DNA from: Babesia bigemina
Taxonomy: Eukaryota
Assembly (NCBI RefSeq): GCF_000981445.1
Contig: NC_027216.1
Coordinates: 2,418,001 to 2,482,000 of the forward strand
Length of the DNA: 64,000 bases
Reading direction: 5' to 3'
Below, one piece after another: positions 48,976 to 61,341 of the stretch. Position 1 is the first letter of the stretch, and each line of letters begins with the position of its first letter. The notes beneath the pieces are model-generated. The model made no database searches and was not told where the DNA came from. It saw only the letters and a program-made list of their open reading frames with translations. Both the position numbers and the translations under genes were made by a program.

Positions 48976-49503
48976 CGCAGCGCAGACGACGGGTAACACG
49001 CACAACGTATCCCTCCCCGCCCATGGAAGTCACCGCCGAACCCTTCTACCGCGCCGAAAGCAACACGAGCGTAGCATGGCAGAATTCCAAAATACCTCAC
49101 CAGGCCCACTGCATTCTCAATTTTCTTTCACTTCACGATACTATTGGGGCGCAGAAATTATTGATTGCTAGGAACAACTTCTGCCAAGCTGGCCTCCAAG
49201 CAGTATCCGCCATCAAAAAAATTTTATCCGCCCACGTATCATCCAGTCCCGACTGGAAGACACTAGATCCCGCGCACGAATAGCGATAATAACCTTCTGC
49301 GATGTAAAATGAAGGCGAACTAGGCAGGTAGAAACGCATAGCCAGACACGCGGCGCGGCTGCACATTAGCTGGCATAACGAAATACACTCAGCATGTCAG
49401 AATACATCCGATTAGCCGTCACACATATCGCCTACACACCTCATGACGACATCCCAAGCCAAGTAGAGGACTTAGGTGTGCAGTGGCGAGGTCGGCGCGT
49501 GAC

Positions 49504-49866
49504 CTAATGCCGCACTGGGCTGAACGGGCTCGTCTGGTGTTGCAAATGCAGGCGCGCCTTTAGCCATAAGCTCATTGCCGCGAACGAGGGGCCCTGAACG
49601 CGATCAAACGACGGGCAGAGCACGCGGTAGACATCGTCGATCAGTTGCCGTTCCGCGTGGTCGGCGGCGCAGTAGCGTTCCATGTGCGACAGCACGCGCG
49701 CATCGCGCCACGAAAAACGGTTGAAACACTCCATCATCGTCTTGCGGTCGTTAACCAATGACGCACCGGCAAAACGGTTCAGGTTCTCAATGTCTGACAT
49801 CACGTTGTCGACGTAAGTGCCGGGTGACGCGGACGCATTGCCGCTAGCAGGCTTGCCGGGCTCCAT
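49504..49866 (-). CDS. Probable apicomplexan-specific mitochondrial ATP synthase accessory subunit
   Basis: FSWRDARVL...YRVLCP...MSLWLKARL...PF resembles my recollection of a Toxoplasma ATPTG subunit; not verified. Confidence 0.55.
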   Translation of the reverse strand: MEPGKPASGNASASPGTYVDNVMSDIENLNRFAGASLVNDRKTMMECFNRFSWRDARVLSHMERYCAADHAERQLIDDVYRVLCPSFDRVQGPSFAAMSLWLKARLHLQHQTSPFSPVRH

Positions 49867-50098
49867 TTTGAATGTAAGTGGTGCTTGTTGGCGCCGACCA
49901 ATCGCACCACCGGCTCGCGGTTGACGGTATGCGGCGCGATGACGACGCGGCTCCCCATGACTCATCGACCGTGCACAAAGGCAGCGCGAGTCACAGGCAA
50001 AAGAAGCGAGCGAATAGCACTCGATTTGCGCCGCAGGCGGTAACCGGGAATCTTAGCCTACTCAAGCGGGATATCCGGGCCTACACCCCGACGCCAAA

Positions 50099-51184
50099 AT
50101 GGCAACGGGAAAGAGCCTCGACGACATAGTCAGCGGAGTCGCAAAGCTGAAAGATGTAGCCTCGGTGAAGGCGTACTTCATGGCGGTGCTCTCGGCGCAG
50201 CAGAAGGAAATACAGAAGACCAAGGCGCTGGTCGACGACTTCAGAGCCATACACAACTTCGAAAACCTGTACGAAAAAACGGGCTCATTCACCGCACTCG
50301 TAGACCCGGTCGTAAACTGCGAGATACTGCATCTCAGGCGCATGCTGCGGAGCAAGGATGAGGAGTTGAGGGCAAGAAACGACGCCATCGATTCGCGCTA
50401 CTTCAACCCGCAAAGCCATGTTGGACAGGCGCTGCTCAAAAAATGCCGCATGTTCGCCGCGGAAAACGAGGAGCTCGGCAGGATATTGCTGGAGGGGCAG
50501 ATACAGCCGCTCACACTGGACCTCAACAAGGAGCGGGAGTCCAACAAGGTACTCAAAAACCAGGTCAAGGGGCTACACCAGTACAACGTCGAGCTAGAGG
50601 CTGAAATTGAACTACTCAGCAAACAATTATCGGAACAGGCGCAGCAAATAGCGACACTGAAGAAGGAAAACGATGCAATGGCCGTCAAGGTGCGCTCATC
50701 CCACGCAGCTGCAGACTCGTCGCCGGCGCGCAAGCGTTCCAGCCAATCACCACGTCGGAGAGTTAGGGACGAAAAGACTCACAAATCAGACAGGGACAGC
50801 CGATACGACAAGACCGCCAGAGATGAAAAGTCTGCCAAGGATGACAGAGACGGCCGCGATGAGAGGTCACGCAGGAGTGACCGGCACGAACCCGACAGGA
50901 GGGACAGCAAGCACACAACGTCGCGGAAGGACGACAAGTACGAAGTCGATAGGAAGGCCGACCGCTATGACGCCGCTAAGAAGAGCGATAGGAGTGATGC
51001 CATGAAGAGGGCCGAAAAGTATGAGTCCAAGAAGGACGATCGCCGCATTTCCTCAAGGAAAGACGAAAAGCCACGACGGGAAGAGTCTCATGGGCGCACA
51101 CCGGTGAAAAGAGTTAGAGAGGACTCTAGAAGCAGGCGCTCGCCATATCGCAGGAGGTCAAGGTCGCCACGCTCCAGGAGGTAA
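50099..51184 (+). CDS. WTAP: WTAP/FIP37/Mum2-family m6A writer-complex subunit with RS/RD-rich tail
   Basis: LVDPVVN and FNPQSHVGQALLKKCRMFAAENEELG match the WTAP core; coiled coil. Confidence 0.85.
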   Translation: MATGKSLDDIVSGVAKLKDVASVKAYFMAVLSAQQKEIQKTKALVDDFRAIHNFENLYEKTGSFTALVDPVVNCEILHLRRMLRSKDEELRARNDAIDSRYFNPQSHVGQALLKKCRMFAAENEELGRILLEGQIQPLTLDLNKERESNKVLKNQVKGLHQYNVELEAEIELLSKQLSEQAQQIATLKKENDAMAVKVRSSHAAADSSPARKRSSQSPRRRVRDEKTHKSDRDSRYDKTARDEKSAKDDRDGRDERSRRSDRHEPDRRDSKHTTSRKDDKYEVDRKADRYDAAKKSDRSDAMKRAEKYESKKDDRRISSRKDEKPRREESHGRTPVKRVREDSRSRRSPYRRRSRSPRSRR

Positions 51185-51874
51185 TGGGCGCTGGCGGCGC
51201 ACCGCCGGTAGTGCAGCATACACGCAACATATTGGTGTGTATGCCAAGAAACGTAGCACAAATGTCAAGTATAACTTCCGACCTGTCGTAGATACAACGA
51301 CACGCAACACACACCCGACGACACCACTGGGGAAACACCGATAATATATACACACAGATGCTAGATTCTCGCGGCATTTGCTCGCTCTGATGTAGACGAT
51401 GCAGCTGTTTGCGGCTGCGCTCGCCATCACCGCCGCGATCAAGTGGCAGCCGGCGGAATCCCTGGAGGTGAGTGTCTAAAGCGCGCCGAGTCATACACAT
51501 CCAGCCGCTACTGGAGTCCAATGAGCCGCCATACACGCTTATAAACTTCGCACTTGAGGAAGACCCGCGCGTCGACCAGGTTGGAGGTAGGATTACAGTT
51601 GCTGAAATGTTATACCGATGCAGAGATACAGCGAGAAGCAGCGGTTAGTACGCCTAACGTGTCTAAACAAACACGTGCAGAACAGCAGGCGCACCAGGCT
51701 GGACACGCAATTCGTAGGTTGAGAACAGCGCACAGCGGACAATGCGCAGAGCCGACGCCGAGAGTGGCTGGACACGCAATTTGAGCACCTGAGGCGCAAG
51801 CAAAGACAGAACAAAGAGGGCAAGTGGAATCAAGTCTCGTTAGAATAGCACGCTGCAGGCATACTCAGCGCATA

Positions 51875-52647
51875 ATGCACTGGGCACGCTGTCTGCTTGC
51901 TGCCATACGGCCCTCGGGCCTGGCCGTGAGGCTGCCCAGGACCGGCATCGCAGACGACACGCGCAACGTCAACAAGGCGCTCAAGTCGATACGCAAGGAG
52001 CTTGGAGTCAGTCAGATGCGCGAAACGAAGCCCAAGCCGCCTAAACCCAGCGATGACGGCGATAGCGCGAGCATCGGCAACAAGCTCGATGTCGCGAGGC
52101 TCAACCTCAAAAACAAACTACATCGTAGTATATGGCTCGCCATGAAACGGCGAGACAAACCGCAGTTCACGCAGCTGGAGAAGCAGATCAGGGCGACTGA
52201 CGTCGAACTTGACGGAGTCTCGTACACGCTGCTCGTGCACGCCACCCTGCTCTTCCACGGGCCGGGGGATGAGGCCATGGCGCTCATACAGGAAATGAGG
52301 GAGCGAGGCGTCCACCCTAGCCTCATCAGGTTCAACGCGGTAGGTTTTGCTGATGCTGAGGCGACAATGAAGCGCAGCGAATAGTGGCTGCGCACGCCGA
52401 GATGGATGGACTGGGCGCCAGGCCGTTGCCGGCGAACATCGTGCAGATGGCGCGTGCCTCGTGGCTCACCGCCGTATTCATCACCAGACGATACCCGACG
52501 CAGGAGTCCATACTGCGCATGGAGGCCGAGATAGAAGAAAGGGAACAGCGCTACCTGGAGTCGGACTTGGCAGTTGAGGAGGCACGGCAGCGTGAACTTG
52601 TCAACAGTCCAAATGGGAAACTCACCAAGGGTTCCCCTATCGAATGA
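51875..52647 (+). CDS. Small PPR-motif-containing, probably mitochondrial protein; one intron ~52340-52384
   Basis: LDGVSYTLLVHA...DEAMALIQEMRERGVHPS is a PPR-like 35-mer; basic N-terminus. Confidence 0.6.
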
Positions 52648-53084
52648 ATCGCCAAAAACATGACACTACAAATGATAATGAAAAGTACCTATACAGCTTT
52701 TAATGCCCGTGGTTATATATCCACGTGCTTACGGGCACGACGGATTGGGACGACTCCATTTACAAGGGGCGCTGATGGCAATGTCGACAACGTCCGCTTA
52801 TGGTGCATCCACAAGCACTGTTAAGTTATAGAACTGCAGATAAGACGCCGCACGTATTTGTCAACGTCGGAACTACAGAACTTTGTGGACCACACAACAG
52901 CGACACGTAGTAATCCGGCGGTATTACTGGATGGTACAGGACAACTGCGATGGTGGAATGCGAAGTGGGGTGTAGGCACTGAAAGGCAGCGGTGCCTGCT
53001 CAAGTAAAAGTCGCGTACGCCAACAAAAACGTAAGAAGGTTTATAATAAAAACTCAAAATTAGAATCGATTAGTGAGATGTCCC

Positions 53085-56000
53085 TTATATCTCGTCCAAG
53101 AACTGCGTGGACTTGTCGCTGAAGTGCTCAAAGCTGCGGCGAAGCAGTTCGCGGGCGTAGCCCACGTTGCCACCCTGGGCCTTAGCGCTAGTCAACACCT
53201 GCACGGCCAGATCCATGGCGCAATCGAACTCCGGAGGAAGCAATATCTTCTCCAAAGTTATCTCCGGAATGGTAGCGAAACAATCTAAAACTTGAACCAA
53301 AATGCGAGCGAACAGAGACACCGCCAAAGGATTGTCGAGCATCTCGTCCTTTATGCGGACCAAACACGTAGTCTCAAAGATGTTCAACGCCTTCACCATC
53401 GTATCCACGTCGTTCATAAGGTTACCGATGGTGTACGCCGTCAAGTCGGCCTGGCTCTCGGACAGCGCAATGCTCTTCGCGTTCACGCACTTGTTAAGCA
53501 TGAGACGCACAGCCTCAAGACTGTCCTCGCTAGACGGCGCGAACTGATCCCACTCCACCATGAAACGCTCAGGACGAGGATTCTGCACGAACACCTCCAT
53601 GATCTCGGTCACCACGGAAATTGGTTGCGTGTCCATCGCAAAGTGCACTTCGGGAGCCTTTCGGCGCGTGCGACGAGCGCTGTCATCCCCTTGGGACGAT
53701 TTATTATCACCATTGGCTGACGGGCTATCATTCGCTGGCGCGGACGATGATGCCGCACCGCCACGAGCAGTGGATCCAGCACTGCCAGTTGATTGTGGCT
53801 GCTGGGGAGATGTCGCTGCACCGCCGCTACCGGCCGATTGGTCGCCACCGGACGCTGCGGAATCGGAGTTACCGACAAACACGCCATTAACGGTTCTTTC
53901 CATGGCCAACTTGCGCTGCGCCAGCAGGTAATCGGTGTAGTGCCTCTGCGCCTGACGACCAGCTGTCGTGAACTTGCCCTCCTGGTTAAGGTGGATTGCA
54001 CCACCCTTAAGCTCCTCCTGCTTAGCCTCGTAGTGGATGCTAGCGACAGAAGTCGCGCGCTCCTTGAACACCTTCTTCACCCAACGCTTCGAACGCAAAT
54101 CGATCAGGTCCTGGATCTTGTACACTATGCGAAGGTTGTAGTTACCGTGCTTCTTCAGAAGAACCAGGTGCTCCATGTATTCGTTCAACATCTCAGGACC
54201 GTTCACGTTCTGCTCCAGCGTGTAACCGATGGTAGTTATTAGCTCCAGGAAACTCTCCACCAGGTACTCACACGGCACCTTAGAGCCGTCGGAGTCCATC
54301 TGGAGCAGCGTACGAGCGATACGCTTCAATATTGCAACAGATAATATACGACGCAAGAACAATTCGCCCATGAAACGAATGTTGCCCAAAATCCATTTCT
54401 TGGTGCGGCCGCGGGGAATCTTCACCGAGCCCAACAACTCATTCTCGTCAGCCTTATCCACGTCGTTATCCTCCTTATCAGAATCACCTAGCACGTCGCC
54501 ACCAGAGTTGGCGGCAGACGGGTCCAAACTTGTAGCCAACGCCACGCTACTCAGCGTCTCAAACGAGTCCTGGCACTTGTTCATCAAAACACGGAAGAAC
54601 AACGTGCTCTTGGAACCCACGTCAAAGGCTGAATTGAAACGGTATTTAAGCAAATACGCCAAATCGGCGTACATGTCGCTGTAATCCAACTCGGACACCG
54701 ACTTGTCCAAAACCAAATCCACCATGGAAACCACGTCATCCTCAATTGTTAAGTTCTCGTATATCACAGCCAACTTCTCAGCCACTGTCAAGAACTTCTC
54801 CACAGTCAGCTTGTTCAGCAAACTGCGAACGGAACGCTTAAACTGCTCCTCACGACTGATGTCAGGCTTCTTGAAAGGAGATACGCGGGGAACTTCGGGC
54901 TTAGCATCGCGACGCCATTTGTTGTCAGCCTTAGTGCGCTCGAATAACCTCGGTCGTTGGGTACCGGCATTCGCGCCGTAACCCTGCGATGCGTGCGCGC
55001 CGCCATGCGAAAAGTGGCCCGACGCACGGCCGCGTGACTCGCGATGGTCACGCCCTCCCTCAGAACCATGGCCCACGTTAACAACCCTGAAGCCCAATGA
55101 AAGGCTGTTGAACGCAGCGCCAGACGCAAACGCATATGCCAGCATGTCCTCGGCCGTGTACACGATATTCGATTTTTGACGCTGCGGTAGCAGCAGGGGG
55201 CCGGGACGCAGAACCGCGCCCTCAGCCTCGCCGACGCCCAGTACAACGCCCTTAAACAGATCCTTCTCAGTTATCATATGCTCACTTGTGGATGGGTCCG
55301 CAATACCAGCGAACGCCTTGTCGTCGTGGAAACCCTTGCCAAAAGGCGCCCTGAAACCTTCATCCACCAATGCTTTCGTTTGCGAAACCGGTGCAGTCTC
55401 TGTCGATCCCGCAGTTCCGGCAGCAGCAGCAGATTCACGGCTAGTGACCTCCGAAACATCGCAAGGTCCATCAATACTCTCCACATTCGCAACGGCGGAT
55501 TTAGCCAATTTGCGGCCAGAAGCACCACGTGTGCCTTCCAGTCTAGCATTCTCCACGCCAGAATACGCAGATGGGGAGCCGGTAGCAACCTCGTCGTCCT
55601 CCCTCTTCATCAAGTCGGCGCCGATGTAGTAACCCTCCGGGACGGAGTCCATGAAGCCCATGTCATGAAGCTTGGCGACGTCATGATAGATGCGACGCAC
55701 GTGAGAGTCGTAGGGACTGAACTCACGTTGCGCCCCGGCAGGCACGGACCCTGCCACAGCTGACGTAGAATCGGCAAAACGCTCAGGTGACATGTCACTG
55801 CCATCCTCTGCTTGTTTGTTGGCGTAAGCCTCGATCATAGTGACGTCTATCTCAATATCCATGGGGCTGTCGGAACCGCGGGATGCTCTGCAGGAGTACG
55901 TCTTGCTGCGAGAGTCGCCCATGTTGTCGCCGATCCTCGAATGTAATGAAGCGTAGCTCTTGCAGTCAGTAGACGCAGAGCCGTCCACGGCAATCGAACG

Positions 56001-58481
56001 ACCAGAAACACGTGTAAAACGCGACAGCTCATCCCTCATCACGGAGTCCAACGTTAACATGTCGAAACCCACGGCAGCTGGCGATGAACCTGATACCTCG
56101 GACCCACTTGATGAGCCGGGCTGACCACTAGCACGACCAACGTGAGCATCGCCACGAGAGACGCGCCTCGAAGAATCAGCCTTTGCGCCGCCGCGCTCCA
56201 TATGGGAATCCACCGACTCGTCGTCAGACATGTAACCAGAGTCAACGGCATAGTCACGCTCCGGTTCGGCGTACGCTGAATTGTCCACTCTGCGATTAGA
56301 GATGCGATCACGAACTGCCACACGGATGGTGTTGTCGCACAGGGGGTGGCGGTCAGAAAGCCCAAACAGCTTGTCGTCCAGCTCAACAGCCTTGTTAGAA
56401 ACGCGGTTCTTAGCCGTACGCAACTCAGTGTCAATGCTCGGAGTGGGTGCGTTCACAGTAACCGGGACCGTACCACCGATAGAGCCTTGCGAGTTAGTGC
56501 GCGGAGTCGAAACGAACTTGGCATAGTTCATCACCTGAGATGGAGTTGAAGCCACCGGGAAATGACGCGGATCGTGGTTGTCTTCCAAACCAAGCTCATC
56601 CTCTTCCATGCGCCCAGACGTCATCGGAGTGTGAGGAGGAGGCGTGTACATCACTGGAGTTATCGGCACGTAACCGGGGGTAGCGCTCGGCGGGTACATA
56701 ACCGGGTAAACAGTAGAGCACGGCTGCGGAACCTGGCCCATAGGCATAACCGGAGAAGACTGTTGTGGAATGCTAAGCTGTGGCATCAACATTGGAACGC
56801 CCACTGGCGGACCTTGAGCCAACTCACCTGGAGGCGCTCCTCCACCGTTCATAGGGTTCAGCGGGGTCACAGGCTCGCCAACTGGATGTACCACCATACC
56901 CCCAGACGGAGGGGTGATCGTCTCCAGCTTAGGCTTAACAACCTTGGGGGCCTTCGCGTCGGAGTTCACAACCTCACCAGTGGTGGGGTTACGAATCTGG
57001 AATGCCGAACTCTTCCGCATATGCACCGGCATCACGCGAGGAGGTGCCACCGCCGGAGGCACGAACACCGGGTTCTGGACTGATGCATCCACGCTAGGGG
57101 TGACGGGCGGGCCGAACGGCGGCCCCTGGGGAGCAGGCGCACCTACCCAACGCGGGGGAACATACTGACCCACTGGAATGGACGACATACCCTGAACCAT
57201 GCCAGGCACAGGTAACCCGGGCACTCCAGACACACCACCCACCGGCACGCCGCCGCGATACACCGGACGCGCAACACCGCCGTTCATTGGCATGTGGCCC
57301 GGAGCCGCAACGCGGCCCACATTGTCTTCCATCGGCACGCCATACATTTCACCACTGCCAGGACGCATCTCGCCGTTCACGGGCATGCCGTACGGCGCCG
57401 GACCCGGGTGGCGACTCGGAGAAAACTTCGACACATAAGGCGACTTCGGGTGCACGTGGGACGGACGCTCCATGAGGCCGTTGGAAGGGGTACCATACCG
57501 CGAATCGCCCTTCATACCCGAGTCCACACGATGCATCATGCCGTAACGTGGCGAACGCGGAGACTTGTTCGCGCGCATCTCAGGCATCATCGGGTCATAA
57601 CGATACGGACGCCTATTGAAGGGAGCGGCGACCTTGTTGCGCATTGGAGAGCGGTCCAACATGTGATGGGGCATCCGGTACCCGCGCTGCTGGTTGCCTT
57701 TTGACGGCTTCATAAGGCGCCCGAAAGCGCCGGAGCGAGGCGCACGCGGCTCATTCATGATCATGCGGCCGCTACCTTCGCCGTCACGCAGAAACTCTTG
57801 CGAAACTTCCTCACGGATAGCTGCCTCTATCGATTCACTATTCAACACCTGCTGGACGTCTCCACTCACGGGCGACGGCAGTTTGGTCTGTGTGTCTACC
57901 TCGGGGGGGGCGACCATCCTGTCTGCCGACCTTCGACCGCTCGCGAAGGACACCTCACCGCCCTCGTAATTAGGGCGCCGGTGTTGATAACCGCCTGCAC
58001 GATTGTAGTTCCTGTTGCTGCGCTCCCGATGCGCATTCGCATGCGAATCACGAGCGGATCTCACCACGGGCTCGCCGGAAGACCTAACATCACCGTCGGG
58101 GTCAACCACAGTTTGGACGTCGCCTCTCTCAACAAAAATGTTGCCTTCCACCACTTCACCCGAACGAGACGTCATGTCGCCGTACCTCATGCGGTGCTCG
58201 AAGTCCCGAGCACGAGGACCGTGGTAATCCTCGGAAGCACACTTACCCATTCGAGGACCTCTATAAAACGACGCACGGTCACGTCCTTCAACGAAGCTAG
58301 ACTTACCGTAGCTGCGATTACGCGGGAAGCGCCTCATCTCAACCAGGTCGCCGGAACCGGGAATGGAGGAACCACGCATAGCGACGAAGTCAGCGGAACC
58401 CTCAAGAGGAGTGGCTTGCCCCTGCGGCGCCGGAGCGACGGCAGAGGGCTTTTTCTGGGGGCGTTTCGGGTAACGGTCCAT
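53085..58481 (-). CDS. eIF4G: Translation initiation factor eIF4G
   Basis: MIF4G (VRSLLNKLTVEKF, YSDMYADLA, LGNIRFMGELF, RIVYKIQDLIDLR..RW); candidate 4E-binding motif YTAEDML; FQIRNPTTGE motif. Confidence 0.9.
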   Translation of the reverse strand: MDRYPKRPQKKPSAVAPAPQGQATPLEGSADFVAMRGSSIPGSGDLVEMRRFPRNRSYGKSSFVEGRDRASFYRGPRMGKCASEDYHGPRARDFEHRMRYGDMTSRSGEVVEGNIFVERGDVQTVVDPDGDVRSSGEPVVRSARDSHANAHRERSNRNYNRAGGYQHRRPNYEGGEVSFASGRRSADRMVAPPEVDTQTKLPSPVSGDVQQVLNSESIEAAIREEVSQEFLRDGEGSGRMIMNEPRAPRSGAFGRLMKPSKGNQQRGYRMPHHMLDRSPMRNKVAAPFNRRPYRYDPMMPEMRANKSPRSPRYGMMHRVDSGMKGDSRYGTPSNGLMERPSHVHPKSPYVSKFSPSRHPGPAPYGMPVNGEMRPGSGEMYGVPMEDNVGRVAAPGHMPMNGGVARPVYRGGVPVGGVSGVPGLPVPGMVQGMSSIPVGQYVPPRWVGAPAPQGPPFGPPVTPSVDASVQNPVFVPPAVAPPRVMPVHMRKSSAFQIRNPTTGEVVNSDAKAPKVVKPKLETITPPSGGMVVHPVGEPVTPLNPMNGGGAPPGELAQGPPVGVPMLMPQLSIPQQSSPVMPMGQVPQPCSTVYPVMYPPSATPGYVPITPVMYTPPPHTPMTSGRMEEDELGLEDNHDPRHFPVASTPSQVMNYAKFVSTPRTNSQGSIGGTVPVTVNAPTPSIDTELRTAKNRVSNKAVELDDKLFGLSDRHPLCDNTIRVAVRDRISNRRVDNSAYAEPERDYAVDSGYMSDDESVDSHMERGGAKADSSRRVSRGDAHVGRASGQPGSSSGSEVSGSSPAAVGFDMLTLDSVMRDELSRFTRVSGRSIAVDGSASTDCKSYASLHSRIGDNMGDSRSKTYSCRASRGSDSPMDIEIDVTMIEAYANKQAEDGSDMSPERFADSTSAVAGSVPAGAQREFSPYDSHVRRIYHDVAKLHDMGFMDSVPEGYYIGADLMKREDDEVATGSPSAYSGVENARLEGTRGASGRKLAKSAVANVESIDGPCDVSEVTSRESAAAAGTAGSTETAPVSQTKALVDEGFRAPFGKGFHDDKAFAGIADPSTSEHMITEKDLFKGVVLGVGEAEGAVLRPGPLLLPQRQKSNIVYTAEDMLAYAFASGAAFNSLSLGFRVVNVGHGSEGGRDHRESRGRASGHFSHGGAHASQGYGANAGTQRPRLFERTKADNKWRRDAKPEVPRVSPFKKPDISREEQFKRSVRSLLNKLTVEKFLTVAEKLAVIYENLTIEDDVVSMVDLVLDKSVSELDYSDMYADLAYLLKYRFNSAFDVGSKSTLFFRVLMNKCQDSFETLSSVALATSLDPSAANSGGDVLGDSDKEDNDVDKADENELLGSVKIPRGRTKKWILGNIRFMGELFLRRILSVAILKRIARTLLQMDSDGSKVPCEYLVESFLELITTIGYTLEQNVNGPEMLNEYMEHLVLLKKHGNYNLRIVYKIQDLIDLRSKRWVKKVFKERATSVASIHYEAKQEELKGGAIHLNQEGKFTTAGRQAQRHYTDYLLAQRKLAMERTVNGVFVGNSDSAASGGDQSAGSGGAATSPQQPQSTGSAGSTARGGAASSSAPANDSPSANGDNKSSQGDDSARRTRRKAPEVHFAMDTQPISVVTEIMEVFVQNPRPERFMVEWDQFAPSSEDSLEAVRLMLNKCVNAKSIALSESQADLTAYTIGNLMNDVDTMVKALNIFETTCLVRIKDEMLDNPLAVSLFARILVQVLDCFATIPEITLEKILLPPEFDCAMDLAVQVLTSAKAQGGNVGYARELLRRSFEHFSDKSTQFLDEI

Positions 58482-59587
58482 AGTGACCCTCCGCCGGAAG
58501 CATAGTCAGATGACTCCGGAGAGCGAAGCCACGAACGCTTCACCACACCACGAAGCCAAAAACAAAGCCAACTTACCTAACCAGACATGGGGGCCCAGAT
58601 GGAATATACGCTCAGCTTCACAAACCACCTCAACACGGCGACAAAAAGCAAACCCTAGCGGCAGTTTCAAACTCGCGTCAAACCAACGACGCACGGAAAC
58701 CGCACAGACACCACACTCCACAAAACACAAAGTAGCAACTAAATATACTGCGCAGCGCGAACACGGCTGGCAGGACCGTCAGAACGGCAAAACACGCCGT
58801 GTGCGCACAACTCCGACAACGGGCGACCAGACCAAACACGCCGGCACTCGTCCTTTCAACAAAAACACGCAGCGATTGACTACGCAGAAAGGCGTACAAA
58901 AAATAAGTCAACGCCCAACAACGCCAGACATTCCGACATACGGCCGACAGTAACGCGCACAAGTCACGCCCGCCACAGGCTGAGCTGCAACATCACTCCA
59001 ACAGCGGCACGTGAAAACACTCAAGCGCCGCAGAAAAAAGCAGAAACTTGCTCATGCGTGTCTAGTGGTAATACGAAGCGGTGCACCGCTGTCTGACGCC
59101 GCACCTGCAGACCCGTGGATTACGGGGACGGAGCCATCAAAATGGCAGCGCTGCGGCTGTTTCACACATAAAGCAGATTACAAACGCGCCATCACTAGAG
59201 CAGTGGCAGCACACGCGGTTAGAATGTAAAACGAGCAAAGAAGGCGGCACACACTCGCCACGCCTCTTGCCGGCAGCGGATACTAACGCGATCGCGGCGG
59301 TACACTCGGCTTACCGACGACCCATCAGCGTTATATGCGCGAAAGCGTGTGTGCGACTATTAGGACGTGTTACAGAAGCTGTCTAGGTTCTCAGGACGGA
59401 GGCGCCGCTGGCGGCAAGAAGGACGGTGACAGCAGCGGTGTTCGACAGGGTGGGCAGCAGAGTGCACTTGTGGATGCCTCCACAGTATTTTGCGCATTTC
59501 CAACAACTCCGTATGCGCCACGCACGGTCGGAGACAGGCGCGTATCTTACAGTAGCGGCCGGTGAATCTCGCAGAAACGCAGCGCGG

Positions 59588-60618
59588 TCATTGCTTGTAC
59601 TCCTGCAGCAGGGGGAACATGTGTGTGTGGATCATCTGGATCTCATCAGGTGACCGGCAGCCGGTGATGATGACGTTGCCGGACACGAATATCAATAAGA
59701 CAGCCTCGTTGCCGTCAGGCAGAGCGAACCTGTACACCAGACCTGCGTGATCGTGATTACGTTAAAACGCTCATAGACGATCAAACACGTCAGCTGGTGA
59801 TGCGATAAGTGCACGGTCCCACCAATCAGTGGCACACGTCGGAAAATACTTACCGGCGAAGATCTCGGGCTCGTAGTTGCAGAACAGCTTGTGCTCCTCG
59901 TACAGACGTTCCAGCCGGATGGGCACGTTGCAGTTGAACGATGCCACGATGTTCTCGACCTTGAACTCCGCGAAGTGCAGCGGGCCGCCGAACTCACGGC
60001 GAATCAATTTGGCTATGCGCTTCGCGGCCAAATGAGCCGCATCCACCGTCTTACACCCTGCAAAGTTACATAGAAGCACATACAACTCAACATACCAGTT
60101 ACCATCACACGACCGGTACGGAATATCAGCGCGGTGCAGCGCGGTTCGCGTATACGCGCTATCAGCGCGTTGAACTTACGAGGGTTGTACTCGGCGTTGC
60201 GGGTAGATATCGCCAACTCACGCAAGTCGAGATCACGACCCACGTGGGCTGACGCCACGATGTTCTGGATTACGGGGGCATCGAGACACGCAGCTGCATG
60301 GTATTGGACACGCCGGCATGGACACAACTCACGGTCAAAGCTTGATCGCAGGTAGTACGAATATTGCGTTGCCTTGTCCAACATGGCACCGCTCTTCACG
60401 CAGGCGGTCGCGTCGAGCACTGCTAGCGCGCTGTCATCTAGCCCACTCACGTCCTTCGGGTTGTACATATCAACGTCGCTCATGGCGAACAGCAAACTGG
60501 ACTGATGCGGAGGAAGCGTGCTTCTGGGCTCCTCATCGTCGGACTCGGCAGGGGAGAGGAAGTTGAGGAAGTCGAGTCTCGTGTACTCGCCCTCCTCATC
60601 ACGCAGCTTGGTGACCAT
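59588..60618 (-). CDS. TBP: TATA-binding protein, at least 3 exons
   Basis: IQNIVAS, AEYNPRKF, TALIFRTG, VENIVAS, NYEPEIFAG|LVYR and VLLIFVSGNVIITG. Confidence 0.9.
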
Positions 60619-61341
60619 TGTATATGCGGTATGTGACACGAAATGACGGTTCAGATGGGCAACGAGTCGCCCGGCAGCCTTACGGAAAACTACGTAGCAC
60701 TATCGGGAGCCAGCGTTACGCCGAGAATCTATGGTTTTACACAAACATTATATATAATCTGGGCGTTATATTACAGCAAATTCGACGCACACGGGAAACG
60801 AAGGAGCCAACACGGCGGCGACGCTCCCCCACGCCAACGCCAAGGCATGAAGACATAGGAGGGAAGGGCCTAAGCTGAGCATGAGAAGGCTGAGCTAAAT
60901 GGTAGATGGTGCTCTTTAAAGCGGATTAAGTGCGCAAGACATCGCGTATACACGACGAATCCGACCATATTCCACCCTGGACAACAGCACGGTTACAGAC
61001 AACTTGTCTAATTTCGTCTACGCTCAACCTCCGCGCCAAAACGCGCGAAAAAAATATCAATTTTGACGGTGCCAATCAAAACGCCCGGGATTCCGCATCC
61101 AGCCTCATGACCCATTCGTGAATGGCCAATTCCAGTGTGCAGGAACACACCCAACGAAGCAAACACAACAGACGCCCACGCATACAGGAAGAACTGTCAC
61201 GACCCACACCATCAACGCTGGATCATTTACCAACTTCTCAAAACGCAGTACAGCCAGATTCAAGTAAAATGAGAGACACTTCGGCAACGACATTGCCGAC
61301 GCCATCGTTACTACACGTGATCACATAACCGCGTACGCAAC

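Noticed and set aside
49195..49330. Sm-site-like AATTTTTTTG on the minus strand upstream of the PROPPIN
   Set aside because: No recognisable U1, U2, U4 or U5 motifs nearby.
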